Source: an uncultured Actinomycetota bacterium
GTDB lineage: Bacteria; Actinomycetota; Actinomycetes; Actinomycetales; Dermatophilaceae
NCBI GenBank assembly: GCA_963811825.1
Contig: CAWESS010000007.1
Location: 30,262 to 94,261, forward strand
Length of the DNA stretch: 64,000 bases
Reading direction: 5' to 3'
Positions 10,913 to 21,827 of this stretch are shown in pieces. The position numbers were made by a program, and so were the translations under genes. Positions within the stretch are counted from its first letter, which is position 1. Every line of letters begins with the position of its first letter. The notes under the pieces were generated by a model. The model was not told the origin of the DNA and ran no database searches. It saw only the letters and a list, made by a program, of their open reading frames with translations.

Positions 10913-11164
10913 TTCGGGCACTCCACAACCATGGGGGATTCGGGGGACATTCGCTCGGATGCCGTGCTGCCGGCCGCGAGCGGACCGGCACCTTCCAGCG
11001 GCGCGCGAGTGCGCGGCATCCGGACTGGCACCGAGGGTCCATGTTAGCGGCCGGTGTCGGGGCCACCCAATCCGCCGGCAACGTGGCCCCCCTCGGGGCC
11101 CGACGATGGGTAACGTCCCGTCCAGCGCGCCCGGCAGCCGGCGCCCCAGCGACGAAGGAACCCG

Positions 11165-12154
11165 ATGACCCTCATCTCGACCCGCACCCGCACCCTCGTC
11201 GGATCGGGCGCGATCCTCGCCGGCGTCCTCGCGAGCACTGCCGTGGGAGCGACCGCCGTCTCCGCCACCTCGGCGGGGTCGCCCGGGGAGCACGCGTGGT
11301 CGACCTCCGCGCTGGACTGCGGCCCCGGCGACCTCACCGCCTCCAGCGGTGCGCGCGTCGCCGAGGGGGCGACCGCCAAGGAGCCCAAGCTGTACCCGGA
11401 CAACGAGGCCAAGGCGTACGGCGCCCTGAAGGACCGCCCCCGCCTGGCCGACGGCTCGGTGACGATCGAGACGGTCTTCCACGTGATCTCCGACGAGGCC
11501 CTGTCCGGCGCCGACCTCACCCGCATGCAGGGCATGGTCGACGCCCAGATGACGGTCCTCAACGACTCGTTCGCGGGCCTGACCTCCGACACGGCATCCG
11601 ACAGCCCGTTCCGCTTCGACCTCACGAAGACCAACTACGTGGTCAACGAGGCGTGGGCCAACGTCGCCCCGGGCAAGGCCGAGCGGGACATGAAGGCCGC
11701 CCTGCACGAGGGCGACGCGACGACGCTCAACATCTACGCGGCCGACATCGGCGGCGGCCTGCTCGGCTGGGCGTACTTCCCCAAGGGCTACAACAACGGT
11801 CGCGACTTCATCGACGGCGTCGTCATCCTCGACGAGTCGATGCCGGGTGGCGATGCCGGCAAGTACGCGTTCGGCGACACGCTGACCCACGAGGTCGGCC
11901 ACTGGATGATGCTCGAGCACACCTTCGCCCACGGGTGCGGTGCCTCCGGCGACTACGTGGCCGACACCCCCAAGGAGGCTGTGCCGCAGTTCGACTGCCC
12001 CGAGGGCGCGGACACCTGCAAGGCCCCCGGCCTGGACCCGATCCGCAACTTCATGGACTACACCCAGGACGAGTGCATGAACGAGTTCACGCCCGGCCAG
12101 GTCGAGCGGATGAGCGACGCCTGGCTCGAGTTCCGGGTGGGCGCCAAGGCCTGA
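11165..12154 (+). CDS. Secreted zinc metalloprotease, M43 (pappalysin/ulilysin-like)
   Basis: Signal peptide; THEVGHWMMLEHTF, DYVADTP, NFMDYT..CM..FTPGQ. Confidence 0.88.
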   Translation: MTLISTRTRTLVGSGAILAGVLASTAVGATAVSATSAGSPGEHAWSTSALDCGPGDLTASSGARVAEGATAKEPKLYPDNEAKAYGALKDRPRLADGSVTIETVFHVISDEALSGADLTRMQGMVDAQMTVLNDSFAGLTSDTASDSPFRFDLTKTNYVVNEAWANVAPGKAERDMKAALHEGDATTLNIYAADIGGGLLGWAYFPKGYNNGRDFIDGVVILDESMPGGDAGKYAFGDTLTHEVGHWMMLEHTFAHGCGASGDYVADTPKEAVPQFDCPEGADTCKAPGLDPIRNFMDYTQDECMNEFTPGQVERMSDAWLEFRVGAKA

Positions 12155-12157
12155 CCC

Positions 12158-12826
12158 TCACTCCTGGTCGGAGAAGTACTCGACCTTGCGGCGCTCGCCG
12201 GAGACGATGATGAGGTCGCCCTCGTTGACCACGGACGTGGGTGTGGCGTACGAGAAGTCCTGTCCGTGCGACTTGATGCCCACGATCGTGACGCCGTAGC
12301 GCGCGCGCACCCCGGCATCCGCGAGGGTCTTGCCGAGGATGCCGCGCGGCGGGGTGGTCTTGACGATCGCGTACCCGTCGTCGAACTCGATGTAGTCGAG
12401 CATCCGGCCGCGCACGAGGTGGGCGACCCGCTTGCCCATGGCGTGCTCGGGCCGCACGACGTGCGAGACGCCGACCTGCTCGAGGATCTCGCCCTGCGAC
12501 GTCGTGATCGCCTTGGCCCAGACGTCGCTGACGCCGAGCTTGCGCAGCACGAACGCCGTGAGCACGCTCGCCTCGAGGTTGTGGCCGATGCCGATGACGG
12601 CCTTGGAGAACTCCCCCACGCCGAGCTGCTCCATGGCCTGGATGTCGGTGGAGTCGGCCTGGACGATGTGGGTGTAGCGGCCGGCGAGGTCCTGGACCCG
12701 TTTGGGGTCGTTGTCGATGGCGAGCACGTGCACGTCGTCGCGCTCGAGCTCGTCGGCGAGCGACTTGCCGAACCGGCCGAGGCCGATCACGACGACGCCG
12801 CCGGTCAGGGCGATCTTCCTAGCCAA
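12158..12826 (-). CDS. trkA: TrkA/KtrA-family potassium uptake NAD-binding subunit
   Basis: VVVIGLGRFG Rossmann motif, VVRPEHAMGKRVAH, RCK-C domain. Confidence 0.93.
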   Translation of the reverse strand: MARKIALTGGVVVIGLGRFGKSLADELERDDVHVLAIDNDPKRVQDLAGRYTHIVQADSTDIQAMEQLGVGEFSKAVIGIGHNLEASVLTAFVLRKLGVSDVWAKAITTSQGEILEQVGVSHVVRPEHAMGKRVAHLVRGRMLDYIEFDDGYAIVKTTPPRGILGKTLADAGVRARYGVTIVGIKSHGQDFSYATPTSVVNEGDLIIVSGERRKVEYFSDQE

Positions 12827-14190
12827 TGAGGGGCGCTCCTTCGGGCAGGGTGTAGCGGCGGGTGTTCTCGCGCAGGGCGAGTGCCGACACCAGGGTGATC
12901 GGGCCGAGGCGGCCCAGGAACATGAGGAAGACGAGCACGGCCTGGCCCGGGCCGCCGATCTCGGGGGTGATGCCGGTGGACAGGCCGACGGTGGCGAACG
13001 CCGAGGTCGTCTCGAACATGACATCCGCGAAGCGGCAGGTCGGTCAGCTCGGTGAGGAGCATGGTGCCGCCGACGACCGCGGCCACCCCGAGCAGGGCGA
13101 CGGTGGTCGCCTGCCGGATGACGCGGTGGTCGATGCGCCGGTCGAACGCGATGACGTCGCGGTCGCCCCGGACCTCCGCGACGATGACGAAGAACAGCAC
13201 GATGAACGTCGTGACCTTGAGCCCGCCGGCGGTGCCGGCCGAGCCACCGCCGACGAACATGAGCAGGATGGTGCCGAGCAGGGTCTCGTCGGTGACGGCG
13301 CCGTAGTCCCAGGCGTTGAAGCCGGCGGTGCGGGGCTGGACGGCGTGGAACCAGCCGCCGAGCAGCTTGTGTGCCGGCCCGAGGGGTCCGAGGGTGCCCT
13401 CGTTGCCCCACTCGGTGGCCGTGATGAAGATCGTGCCGCCGACGAGCAGGGCGCCGGTCATGAGCAGGGTGAGCCGGGTGTGCAGGCTCCACGTGCGGGT
13501 GCGCCGGGTGCGGCTGGTGCGCACCAGCTCGACGAGCACCGGGAAGCCCAGCCCGCCGATGATGATCGCGACGCTGATCGGCAGCAGCACGAACCCGTCG
13601 GTGAGGAAGCCCATGAGGTTGTCGCTGAAGAGCGCGAAGCCGGCGTTGTTGAACGCCGAGACCGCGTGGAAGACCCCGTGCCAGGTGGCCGTGGCCCACG
13701 TGTCGTCGTACTCGGCCCGGAATCGCAGCGTCAGCATCACGGCGATCGTGGCCTCGACGACGACCGTGATGAGGAAGACGCCGCGCAGCACCCGACGGAC
13801 GTCACCCGGGCCGATGGCCTTGGTCTCCGCGGCGGCCGTGAGCCGGGTGCGCAGGCCCATGCGGCGCGAGAGGAACAGGGCGATGAGGGAGGCCAGGGTC
13901 ATGATCCCGAAGCCACCGACCTGGATCAGCGCCAGGATGATCGCCTGTCCGGTGGTGCTCCAGTAGGTCGCCGTGTCGACGGTGGTCAGGCCGGTGACGC
14001 AGACCGCGCTCGTCGCCGTGAAGAGCGCGGTGATGAAGGGGGCGTTGCCCTCCTCCGCCCGCGAGACGGGCAGCAGGAGGAGCAGCGTGCCGATGAGGTC
14101 GGCCACGAGGAATGCGGTGACGACGACCTGCGCCGGGTGGCGGAAGTACGGCCGGCGACGAGCCGGGAAGCCCGGCCGGGTGACGAACAC
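12819..14190 (-). CDS. trkH: TrkH/KtrB-family potassium uptake membrane subunit (frameshift near 13025)
   Basis: TSAVCVTGL, SAFNNAGF, RTAGF, GGGSAGTAGGLKVTT, SAFATVGLSTG. Confidence 0.93.
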
Positions 14191-14300
14191 CCGCCAAGGA
14201 TGGCAGAACCCAGGGGGCGCGTCGTGCTCGGTGGGGGTTCGCGGACGAACGGCTCGTCCCCTGCGCCGCCCGACGGGGGCCGGGGCGCGATCTTCGGATG

Positions 14301-14374
14301 TGGAGCGGGCGACGAGAATCGAACTCGCGTAGTCAGTTTGGAAGACTGGGGCTCTACCATTGAGCTACGCCCGC
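14301..14374 (-). tRNA. tRNA-Gly(TCC)
   Basis: Reverse complement folds as a cloverleaf; anticodon loop CTTCCAA; CCA encoded. Confidence 0.95.
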
Positions 14375-14484
14375 ACACCTCGTGGCAGGTGACCACGAGT
14401 GCAGCGGCTAGCCTAGTGGCCGCGCTCGCGGGAACCGAAATCCGACGTCGACCTCGTGGTCGTCGGATGCCGTCCGGCGGGCTG

Positions 14485-14558
14485 CGGGGTATGGCGCAGC
14501 TTGGTAGCGCGTCCGCTTTGGGAGCGGAAGGCCGCCGGTTCGAATCCGGCTACCCCGA
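14485..14558 (+). tRNA. tRNA-Pro(TGG)
   Basis: CGGGGTA...; TCCGC-TTTGGGA-GCGGA; GGTTCGAATCC. Confidence 0.96.
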
Positions 14559-14598
14559 CGAACGAACCGGATGCGCTCGCGCATCCGGTTTCGTCGTC
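14557..14598 (+). terminator. Hairpin after tRNA-Pro
   Basis: gacgaacgaaccggatgcg-ctcg-cgcatccggtttcgtcgtc. Confidence 0.7.
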
Positions 14599-14681
14599 GG
14601 GGCAGCAGGATGACGGGAGCGGCTCGCGGCAGCGACGAAGCGGGTCCCACGCTCTGCGTGGGCGCTGGCGCGACCCGCGGT

Positions 14682-14693
14682 TCCGGCTACCCC
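14682..14693 (+). repeat. Direct repeat of the tRNA-Pro 3' end (att-like)
   Basis: TCCGGCTACCCC identical at 14545-14556 and 14682-14693. Confidence 0.6.
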
Positions 14694-14711
14694 TCAGGGC
14701 GCGGGTGACGC

Positions 14712-15446
14712 TCAGGCGGGGAGCAGGGTGGCCGACAGCTCGCTGACGACCCGCCCGGCCCGCACGCCCTTGGCCTCGAACCCGTCGTCCGGGCGCCATG
14801 ACGGCCGCTCCCCCTCGACGACCTTCCACCGACCGTGCTCAGCCAGCTGGGTCCGGGCGTGTGCGGCGTAGGCGACGATGTCCGTCGCGATGAGCAGCCG
14901 CCCGCCCGGCTCCAGCCTGGACGCGATGAGGGCGAGGGTGTGCTGCTGGACGAACCGTCGTTTGGCGTGCTTGTTCTTCGGCCACGGGTCGGGGAAGAAC
15001 AGGTGAACCGCGGCCAGCGACCCGGGCGCCACCCGCTCGGCGAGGAAGGGCAGGGCGTCCCCGGGGTGCACCCACAGGTTGCTGACGTCGGCAGCCTCCG
15101 CCAGGGCCAGCATCCGGGCGACCCCCGGCACGTGGACCTCGATGGCCAGGAGGTCGGTCTCGGGGTGGGCTGCGCAGAACGCGACAGCCGCTGCGCCGTG
15201 CCCCGAGCCGATCTCGACGACCACCGGCGCCACTCGCCCGAAGGCCACCTCGGGCACCAGCGGCCCGTCCGGCAACGAGCGTGCCGGGAGCAGCGTCGCC
15301 ATCCGCTCCTCCGTGAGGGGCGTGTTGCGCCAGCGCGGCGTGAACGTCCGCACCCCCTCGCGGGGCGCAGGAATGGCCTCGGCACCGTGGTCAGGGCTGG
15401 GCGAAGTGGCGGCTCCCACGGAGCGGGTCCTCTCGGGTGGGGTCAC
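14712..15446 (-). CDS. trmB: tRNA (guanine-N7)-methyltransferase
   Basis: VVEIGSGHG, LAIEVHVPG, LFFPDPWPKNKHAKRR, IATD. Confidence 0.95.
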   Translation of the reverse strand: MTPPERTRSVGAATSPSPDHGAEAIPAPREGVRTFTPRWRNTPLTEERMATLLPARSLPDGPLVPEVAFGRVAPVVVEIGSGHGAAAVAFCAAHPETDLLAIEVHVPGVARMLALAEAADVSNLWVHPGDALPFLAERVAPGSLAAVHLFFPDPWPKNKHAKRRFVQQHTLALIASRLEPGGRLLIATDIVAYAAHARTQLAEHGRWKVVEGERPSWRPDDGFEAKGVRAGRVVSELSATLLPA

Positions 15447-16550
15447 AGACGTCGGACGGCCAGGGCAGCCCGGTCGTCATCCTCTCCCGAACGGGCCGCC
15501 GCGCACACCTCACCAGCGACGTCGCCCTGCGGCGAGCAGGGCCATCGTCGCGATGCCGAGCATCCGGTCGACGCCGTCGACGAGGTCCCGCCCCCGCGCC
15601 TCGACGACGCCGTCGGTGTACAGCAGCAGGGCGTCGCCGTGCTCGAGTCGCCCGTGCTCGCGCGGGAAGCTCGCACCCGACACCACCCCCAGCAGCGGTC
15701 CCCGGCCGCCCCCGAGGACCTCCCACCGACCCTTTCCGAAGAGGAACAGGGCCGCGGAGGGGTGGCCGGCGTTGGCGATCGAGTACTCCCCCGTGCCGAG
15801 GTCGACGTCGAGGTGCACCGCGGTGGCGAAGCCCTCGACCCAGCCCTGGCGCAACAGGTAGTCGTTGGCCGTCGCGAGGAACTGTTCCGACGACACCGCG
15901 CCGAGCAGCCCTCCAAAGGCGCCTGACAGGAGCAGGGAGCGGGTGCCCGCCCGCGTCCCCTTGCCGCTGACGTCGACGAGGACGATCTCGAGGTGGTCCC
16001 CGGACGGCGAGAGGTGCGCGACGACGAAGTCGCCCGAGAAGTGCTCTGCGTGCGCCGATCGGATGCACGACGACACCCGCCAGCCCGGCGGCAGGTCCGG
16101 CATCTGCCCGACCAGGGCGATGCGGTCGCGCAGCTCGGCGAACATGCGGTCGGCGCGGAACCCCCGGGTGCCGATGCGCGCTCTCGACACCGACGCGAAG
16201 AGCATGAGCGCCATGACCGCCAGCATCGACACGGCGACGAACATCGAGCGCATCAACCCGACACCGGAGTGCGGGACCCACGCGGCCATGAGGACGAAGG
16301 CGAGGGCGTAGACCGCGGCGAGCGGGCGGGGGCGCAGGACCACGCCGGCCACGACCACGGTGGGGAACAGGAACGAGATCGGCACGGCATCCGGCCAGCG
16401 CGCGAGCGCGAGGCCCAGGGCGAGCAGCCCGACGACGAAGATGACCAACAGCGCCCGCTCGGACATCGACGCCGCCCTGCGGGACCAGCGCAACCATCCC
16501 GGGACGGCTTTCCGGCGAGGTCGCGGCCGTACGAGCACCTCGTTGGGCAT
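15443..16550 (-). CDS. PP2C/SpoIIE-family phosphatase with N-terminal TM segments (frameshift near the C-terminus, about 15520)
   Basis: FSGDF, LVDVSGKG, GFATAVH, NAGHP, LLLYTDGVVE. Confidence 0.9.
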
Positions 16551-16650
16551 GATCACCCCTTCCGGTCGGGTTGGCGCGCACACCCTAATGGGCGCTGCGG
16601 CCGCGTGACCAGATGCCCCGGCGATCAGGGGCGAGGTGGTGGTCGACGTC

Positions 16651-17124
16651 TCAGTCGACGGACAGCGGCGGGAGCGTTCCCTCGGCGTCGTAGGCCGCCA
16701 CCATGGTGATGCGCCTCACGTGCCGGGGGTCCCCGCTGAACGGCGTGCCGAGGAAGACCGACACCATGGAGCGCGCCTGCTCGACCGTGTTCATCCGGGC
16801 CCCGATGGAGATCACCTGGGCGTCGTTGTGCTCGCGGGCGAGCCGGGCCAGCTCGTCGTCGTAGCACAGGGCAGCCCGGATGCCGGTCACCTTGTTCGCG
16901 GCCATCTGCTCACCGTTGCCGGACCCCCCGAGCACGACCCCGAACGACCCGGGATCGGCGGCGACGGCCTCGGCGGCCCGCAGCACGAAGACCGGGTAGT
17001 CGTCGAGGGCGTCGTACGCGTGCGGCCCGTGGTTGGTGACCTCGTGGCCACTCGCCTCGAGGAACTCGACCAGGTCGACGAGCAGGTCGTAGGCCGCGTG
17101 GTCCCCGCCGATGTGGACCCGCAC
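16651..17124 (-). CDS. rpiB: Ribose-5-phosphate isomerase B
   Basis: IGGDHA, DDYP, GGSGNGEQMAANKV, REHNDA, RHVRRI. Confidence 0.95.
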   Translation of the reverse strand: MRVHIGGDHAAYDLLVDLVEFLEASGHEVTNHGPHAYDALDDYPVFVLRAAEAVAADPGSFGVVLGGSGNGEQMAANKVTGIRAALCYDDELARLAREHNDAQVISIGARMNTVEQARSMVSVFLGTPFSGDPRHVRRITMVAAYDAEGTLPPLSVD

Positions 17125-17125
17125 G

Positions 17126-17779
17126 TCAGGCCTCCGTGTGGAAGATGGGACCGCGGGTGCGCGAGCGCTTGAGCTCGAAGAAACCGTCGGTGCCGGCGAC
17201 GAGGACGCAGCCGTCCCAGAGGCGACCAGCAGCCTCCCCGCTGGGTGCCGGCGAGACGACGGGGCCGAAGAAGGCGGCATCCTCGACGGCGATGACGGGT
17301 GTACCGACCTCGTCGCCGACGAGGTCCATCGCCCGCTGGTGACTCGCCCGAAGTGCCTCGTCGTGGTCATCGCTCGCGGCCGCGGCGGCGAGCTCGGCGG
17401 GCAGCCCGAGCTCCTCCAGCGCTTCGGCGATGGCGACGTCGTAGTCCTCCTCACCGCGGTGGTGGATGCGCTCACCGAGCGCGTCGTAGAGCGGCTTGAC
17501 GACCTCGTCGCCGTGGGCTTCCCGCGCCGCGATCACGACGCGCACCGGACCCCATCCCCGGTCGAGCATCGCCCGGTAGTCGGCGGGGAGGTCGCGACCC
17601 TCGTTGAGCACGGACAGGCTCATGACCGACCACGTGACGTTGACGTCACGGACCTTCTCGACCTCGCCCATCCAGCGCGAGGACATCCAGGCCCACGGGC
17701 ACAGCGGGTCGAACCAGAACTCCGCCTCGGAGCCGGGGGTCAGGGGGGCGGGGGACTCGATTTCGGTGGAGACAGACAC
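17126..17779 (-). CDS. DsbA-like thiol-disulfide oxidoreductase (Rv2466c-like)
   Basis: FWFDPLCPWAWMSSRW, VGTPVI, FFGPV, FFELKRSR. Confidence 0.9.
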   Translation of the reverse strand: MSVSTEIESPAPLTPGSEAEFWFDPLCPWAWMSSRWMGEVEKVRDVNVTWSVMSLSVLNEGRDLPADYRAMLDRGWGPVRVVIAAREAHGDEVVKPLYDALGERIHHRGEEDYDVAIAEALEELGLPAELAAAAASDDHDEALRASHQRAMDLVGDEVGTPVIAVEDAAFFGPVVSPAPSGEAAGRLWDGCVLVAGTDGFFELKRSRTRGPIFHTEA

Positions 17780-17916
17780 GACCCCATTCTGCCATCCCGC
17801 CACGTCCTCGACCGTCCGGGGGCCGTGACAGGATGGTCGCTCGAGCCCATGACGCCCGTGACGCCCAGGCGGGCACCACCGCGGCGTCCACCCCGCACCG
17901 CACGCAAGGAGAACCC

Positions 17917-20478
17917 GTGCCCGGCACGAACCTCACTCGTGAGGAGGCCGCCGCCCGCGCGGCGCTCGTCACCGTCGACACCCACGACGTCGAGCTCGAC
18001 GTCACCACCGGTCCCGAGGTGTTCGCGACGCGCAGCACCATCCGCTTCACGTGCAGCGAGCCGGGCAGCGAGACCTTCGTCGACTTCGTCGGCGGCGACG
18101 TCCTGGGCGTCACGCTCAACGGTGCCGACCTCGACCCGGGGACGCACTACGCCGACAGCCGGCTCCGCCTGCCGGGGCTGGCCGCGCAGAACGTCGTCGT
18201 CGTCACGGCGACCGGCCGGTACACGAACACCGGCGAGGGCCTGCACCGGTTCGTCGACCCGGTCGACGACGAGGTCTACCTCTACAGCCAGTTCGAGGTG
18301 CCCGACAGCCGCCGCATGTACCCGGTGTTCGAGCAGCCCGACCTCAAGGCGTCCTTCTCCTTCACCGTGACCGCGCCGGCCCACTGGCAGGTGGTGTCGA
18401 ACTCCCCCACACCCGACCCGGAGCCCGCCGGAGAGGGCGCCGCCACCTGGCGCTTCGCCGCGACCCCGCGGATCTCGAGCTACATCACGGCCCTGGTCGC
18501 CGGGCCCTACGACGTCCTGCGCGACAGCCTGACCAGTCGGCGCGGCGAGGTGCCGCTCGGCATCTTCTGCCGCAAGTCGCTGACGCCCTACCTCGACGCG
18601 GACAACCTCTTCGACCTCACCAAGCGCGGGTTCGCCTTCTTCGAGGAGGAGTTCGACTGCGCCTACCCGTTCGAGAAGTACGACCAGATCTTCACGCCCG
18701 AGTACAACATGGGCGCGATGGAGAACGCCGGCGCCGTCACCTTCAACGAGGTCTACGTCTTCCGGTCCAGGGTGACCGAGTCGCTGGTCGAGCGCCGCGC
18801 CCTCACCGTGCTGCACGAGCTCGCCCACATGTGGTTCGGCAACCTCGTGACGATGCGCTGGTGGAACGACCTCTGGCTCAACGAGTCCTTCGCCGAGTGG
18901 GCGTCCACGACCTGCCAGGCCGAGGCCACGCAGTGGGTGGACGCCTGGACCACGTTCGGCACCCACGAGAAGGACTGGGCCTACCGCCAGGACCAGCTCT
19001 CCTCGACCCACCCGATCGTCGCCGAGATCCGCGACCTGCGCGACGTCGAGGTCAACTTCGACGGCATCACGTACGCCAAGGGCGCCTCGGTGCTCAAGCA
19101 GCTCGTGGCGCACGTCGGCCGTGAGCCGTTCCGGGACGGGCTGCGCGCCTACTTCGCCAAGCACGCGTGGGGCAACACCACCCTCGACGACCTGCTCGTC
19201 GAGCTCGAGGCCACGTCGGGCCGCGACCTGCGCGCGTGGTCGCGGCTGTGGCTGGAGACCGCCGGTGTCAGCACCCTGCGACCGGTCCTCGAGGTCGACG
19301 ACTACGGGCTCATCTCCTCGGCGGTCATCGAGCAGACGTGTGCCCCCGGCTTCGAGACGGTGCGCCCGCACACCCTGCACGTCGGCCTGTATGCCGTGCG
19401 CGACGGCGCGCTGCACCGCACCGACGTGCTCGCCCTCGACGTCGACGGGGCCGTGACGCCCGTGCCCGCCCTCATCGGCCGGGAGCAGCCCGACCTGCTC
19501 CTCGTCAACGACGACGACCTCGCCTACGCGAAGATCCGCCTCGACGAGCGCTCGCTCGCGACGGCCCTGACCCACCCGCGGGGGTTCACGTCCTCACTGC
19601 CGCGATCCCTCGTGCTGGCCTGCCTGTGGGACATGACCCGTGACGCCGAGATGGGCGCCCGTGCCTTCATCGACGTCGTGCTGGCCACCCTGCCCGGCGA
19701 GTCCGACTCCACGCTGCTGCGCACCCTCATCGCCCAGCTCCAGACAGCGGTGTTGTCCTACACCGCTCCCGAGCACCGCGAGGCGACCCGGGCCGCGACC
19801 CGCGAGCGCCTCTGGGAGATCGCCCGGGCAGCCACCGCGGGCACCGACGCCCAGCTCCAGCTGGTCAGCGCCGCCTGCTCGCTGACGACGGCGGGTGACG
19901 ACACGGCATCCGTGCGCGCCCTGCTCGAGGGCACGGAGGTGCTCGACGGGCTGACGGTCGACTTCGAGATGCGCTGGACCCTGCTGACGGCACTCGCCGC
20001 CGCCGGGGACGCCGACGCGGCGGAGATCGACGCGGAGCGTGCCCGTGAGGACACCGCCACCGGGCGCGAGCGTGCCGCTCGGGCACGGGCGGCACGGCCC
20101 ACCGCGGAGGCCAAGGAGGAGGCGTGGGCAGCCGCCGTCGACGGCGCCGGCCTGCCGAACGCCGTGGTCGACGCCATCGCCCACGGGTTCAGCCGGCCGG
20201 GCACCCCGTCCGAGCTGCTGCGGCCGTACGTCGACCGCTACCACGCCATGCTCGACACCGTGGAGGAGCGCGAGTCGCACGCGCTCGTGGAGTCGGTCGT
20301 CTTCGGGTTCTACCCGCGCCCCCTCGTCGACCGCGAGCTGCACGACGCGACCCAGGCCTGGCTCGACGCCAACCCCGACGCACCGGCAGCCCTGCGCCGC
20401 CTGGTCGTCGAGAACCGTGACCCCGTGGCCCGGGCCCTGGCGGCCCAGGCCCGCGACGCCGAGGCCACCGCACGATGA
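17917..20478 (+). CDS. pepN: Aminopeptidase N
   Basis: GAMENAG, HELAHMWFG..NESFAE, FDGITYAKGASVLKQL. Confidence 0.97.
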   Translation: MPGTNLTREEAAARAALVTVDTHDVELDVTTGPEVFATRSTIRFTCSEPGSETFVDFVGGDVLGVTLNGADLDPGTHYADSRLRLPGLAAQNVVVVTATGRYTNTGEGLHRFVDPVDDEVYLYSQFEVPDSRRMYPVFEQPDLKASFSFTVTAPAHWQVVSNSPTPDPEPAGEGAATWRFAATPRISSYITALVAGPYDVLRDSLTSRRGEVPLGIFCRKSLTPYLDADNLFDLTKRGFAFFEEEFDCAYPFEKYDQIFTPEYNMGAMENAGAVTFNEVYVFRSRVTESLVERRALTVLHELAHMWFGNLVTMRWWNDLWLNESFAEWASTTCQAEATQWVDAWTTFGTHEKDWAYRQDQLSSTHPIVAEIRDLRDVEVNFDGITYAKGASVLKQLVAHVGREPFRDGLRAYFAKHAWGNTTLDDLLVELEATSGRDLRAWSRLWLETAGVSTLRPVLEVDDYGLISSAVIEQTCAPGFETVRPHTLHVGLYAVRDGALHRTDVLALDVDGAVTPVPALIGREQPDLLLVNDDDLAYAKIRLDERSLATALTHPRGFTSSLPRSLVLACLWDMTRDAEMGARAFIDVVLATLPGESDSTLLRTLIAQLQTAVLSYTAPEHREATRAATRERLWEIARAATAGTDAQLQLVSAACSLTTAGDDTASVRALLEGTEVLDGLTVDFEMRWTLLTALAAAGDADAAEIDAERAREDTATGRERAARARAARPTAEAKEEAWAAAVDGAGLPNAVVDAIAHGFSRPGTPSELLRPYVDRYHAMLDTVEERESHALVESVVFGFYPRPLVDRELHDATQAWLDANPDAPAALRRLVVENRDPVARALAAQARDAEATAR

Positions 20479-21379
20479 CGCTCACGTGGGAACAGGCCCA
20501 GCAGTGGCTGCTCACCCAGGGCCTGCGCATCGTGCTCACGATCGTGCTGGCGGTGGTCGGTGCTCTGGGCGTTGCGCCGCCTGATCGACCGGGTCGTCGC
20601 GACGATGACGTCGAAGTCCGCACGACGCCTGGCCGAGTCGGGGCGGGCCGGAAAGGTCCTCGCCGGCGCCACCGGGTTGGACAACGAACGACAGCGTCAG
20701 CGCGTGGAGACCGTCGGCTCGCTGCTGCGCAGCATCGTGACCTTCGTCGTCGCGACGATCGCGGTCCTCACGATCATGGCGCTGCTCGGCATCCCCCTCG
20801 CACCGCTCCTCGCCTCGGCCGGTGTCGCCGGTGTCGCGCTCGGCTTCGGCGCCCAGAGCCTGGTCAAGGACTTCCTCGTCCGGCGTGTTCATGATCATGG
20901 AGGACCAGTACGGCGTCGGCGACGTCATCGACACCGGTGAGGCCATCGGCACGGTGGAGGAGGTCACCCTTCGCATCACCAGGTTGCGCGACGCGAACGG
21001 CGTGACCTGGTACGTGCGCAACGGCGAGATCATCCGCATCGGCAACAGGTCGCAGGGGTCCGCCACCGCCACCGTGGACATGCCGGTGTCCTACGCCGAG
21101 AACGTCGACCGGGTCGTCGGCATCCTCCGTGAAGCGGCGGCCGAGCTCGGTGCCGACCCCGACTTCGCCGACAAGCTCATCGAGCCGCCGACCGTGCTCG
21201 GGGTGGAGTCCATCGTCGGCACGACGATGACCATCCGCACATTGGTGGAGTGCGTACCCGGCGAGCAGTTCGCGGTGCAGCGCGAACTGCGCGAACGGCT
21301 GAAGACCGCCCTCGACGCGGCCGGCGTCAAGGGCCCACCGCTGGGTCCCTACTCGGGGCCGCAGGGAGGCCACCCGTGA
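20475..21379 (+). CDS. MscS-family mechanosensitive channel (frameshifts near 20560 and 20880)
   Basis: LLASAGVAGVALGFGAQSLVKDF, EDQYGVGD, YVRNGEI. Confidence 0.9.
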
Positions 21380-21777
21380 GCCTCTACGACGAGATCGGCG
21401 GTGCCCCGACGTTCGAGCGCCTCGTGCACGCCTTCTACCAAGGGGTGGCCGACGATGCCGAGCTGCGCGCGCTCTACCCCGAGGACGACCTGGCCCCGGC
21501 CGAGCGGCGCCTGCGGATGTTCCTCACCCAGTACTTCGGCGGCCCGAACACCTACAGCCAGGAACGCGGTCACCCGCGGCTGCGGATGCGGCACGCGCCC
21601 TACCCGGTGACGCTCGACATGCGGGACCGCTGGATGCGCCACATGCTCGCCGCGATGGACACCCTGGACCTGCCCGAGGCCCAGGCCGAGCAGATGCGCG
21701 ACTACTTCATGCGGGCCGCCCACATGCTCGTCAACACCGACGACCAGGCCAACCCGCCTCCCCCGTCGCTGGCCTGA
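21376..21777 (+). CDS. glbO: Group II truncated hemoglobin
   Basis: FYQGVADD, QYFGGPNTYSQERGHPRLRMRH. Confidence 0.92.
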   Translation: MSLYDEIGGAPTFERLVHAFYQGVADDAELRALYPEDDLAPAERRLRMFLTQYFGGPNTYSQERGHPRLRMRHAPYPVTLDMRDRWMRHMLAAMDTLDLPEAQAEQMRDYFMRAAHMLVNTDDQANPPPPSLA

Positions 21778-21827
21778 GCCCGACCTCCTCGACGTCGGAA
21801 TTGAGTCGGCCCACGGCATAGGGAAGC

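Noticed and set aside
14195-14300. c-di-AMP (ydaO) riboswitch upstream of trkH
   Set aside because: The conserved ydaO sequence motifs are not recognisable in this GC-rich spacer.
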